DNA from: Schmidtea polychroa | Lineage: Eukaryota | Length of the DNA: 64,000 nt | Assembly (NCBI GenBank): GCA_044892525.1 | Contig: CM097885.1 | Location: forward strand, 16,928,001-16,992,000 | Reading direction: 5' to 3' | Part shown: positions 63,401 to 64,000 of the stretch, one piece after another | How the letters are laid out: every line of letters begins with the position of its first letter | How positions within the stretch are numbered: the stretch's first letter is position 1 | Notes under the pieces: generated by a model | Database searches by the model: none | What the model was told of the DNA's origin: nothing | What the model saw: only the letters and a program-made list of their open reading frames with translations | Translations under genes and position numbers: made by a program

Positions 63401-64000
63401 GAAGGTCTGTAATCTCTAGGTTATAAATTTCATTTATTTTATCAAGATTTTTTATTATAGGGATTAAATCATTTCCAATAGGTAATGTTGTCTTCAAGTC
63501 AGAAAGTATAAATCTTTTATCATCATAATTTGTTATAGCAATCTTGTTACACTCTTCAAGATATATATTATGTTTCTCTGATTTAAGATGATGGGTTTTA
63601 GCAATTTTATTTTTATAATTTATATTTAATGAATCTTTATACTCTTGATGTGTGAAGGTTTTTGACACTGATTTTTGAATTCCTTTACTTTTATTTTCTT
63701 TATAGCTTTTCGGGTTTTCAGGGAATGAAGGATATTCAAATGTGTGATCTATTTCAACAGATCCTTCTCCCTCCCCTATTATAAATTTTATTGTATGCTC
63801 TTTCATAATTGGTTTGTCTTTCATTTCAAGAGAATATTGTTTAGGTCTAATAAACACTCCTCCACTTATTGGAGTATTTGGTTTTTCATCTTTAAAAGTA
63901 AATAATTCTCCAGAGTTGTTTATTAATTTATTTAAGGTTTCGTTTTCACTTATTTCCTTTTTTAAATCTTTACTATGACCTTTTAAAAACATACTATCAG
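60402..64000. mobile_element. 5'-truncated second copy of Maverick 1 (penton 3' part, fibre-like, membrane protein, PolB-C paralogue, pPolB 3' end)
   Basis: Matches 24170-27768 at a constant offset of 36232; translated ORFs appear identical; runs off the window. Confidence 0.97.

Overview
AT-rich eukaryotic DNA (short 44-51 nt introns and (ATT)n/(TA)n runs suggest an invertebrate, possibly a planarian; this is inference) made almost entirely of nested mobile elements, with no recognisable host gene. It contains: (1) 1-11650, the 3' part of a large Ty3/gypsy-like retrotransposon (probable integrase tail, membrane-glycoprotein ORF, DEDDh exonuclease, PPT, 868-bp LTR), interrupted by hAT-type DNA transposons; (2) relics of a Maverick polymerase and of hAT elements; (3) a near-intact 15-kb Maverick/Polinton (adintovirus-like) at 16765-31726 with a 6-bp TSD and a full capsid/protease/ATPase/integrase/pPolB set, whose left non-coding arm carries three tRNA-like Pol III-type units and other structured sequences; (4) a second, decayed Maverick at 32305-46648, inserted in a hAT transposase and carrying a spliced Bcl-2 homologue; (5) two related 3.6-3.7-kb TG...CA elements with 4-bp TSDs (probable giant solo LTRs), each with a promoter, an intron, an Arg-rich protein gene and two RNA structures showing compensatory changes; (6) an apparently identical, 5'-truncated second copy of Maverick 1 running off the window end. 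All calls are by eye from motifs; no database searches were run.
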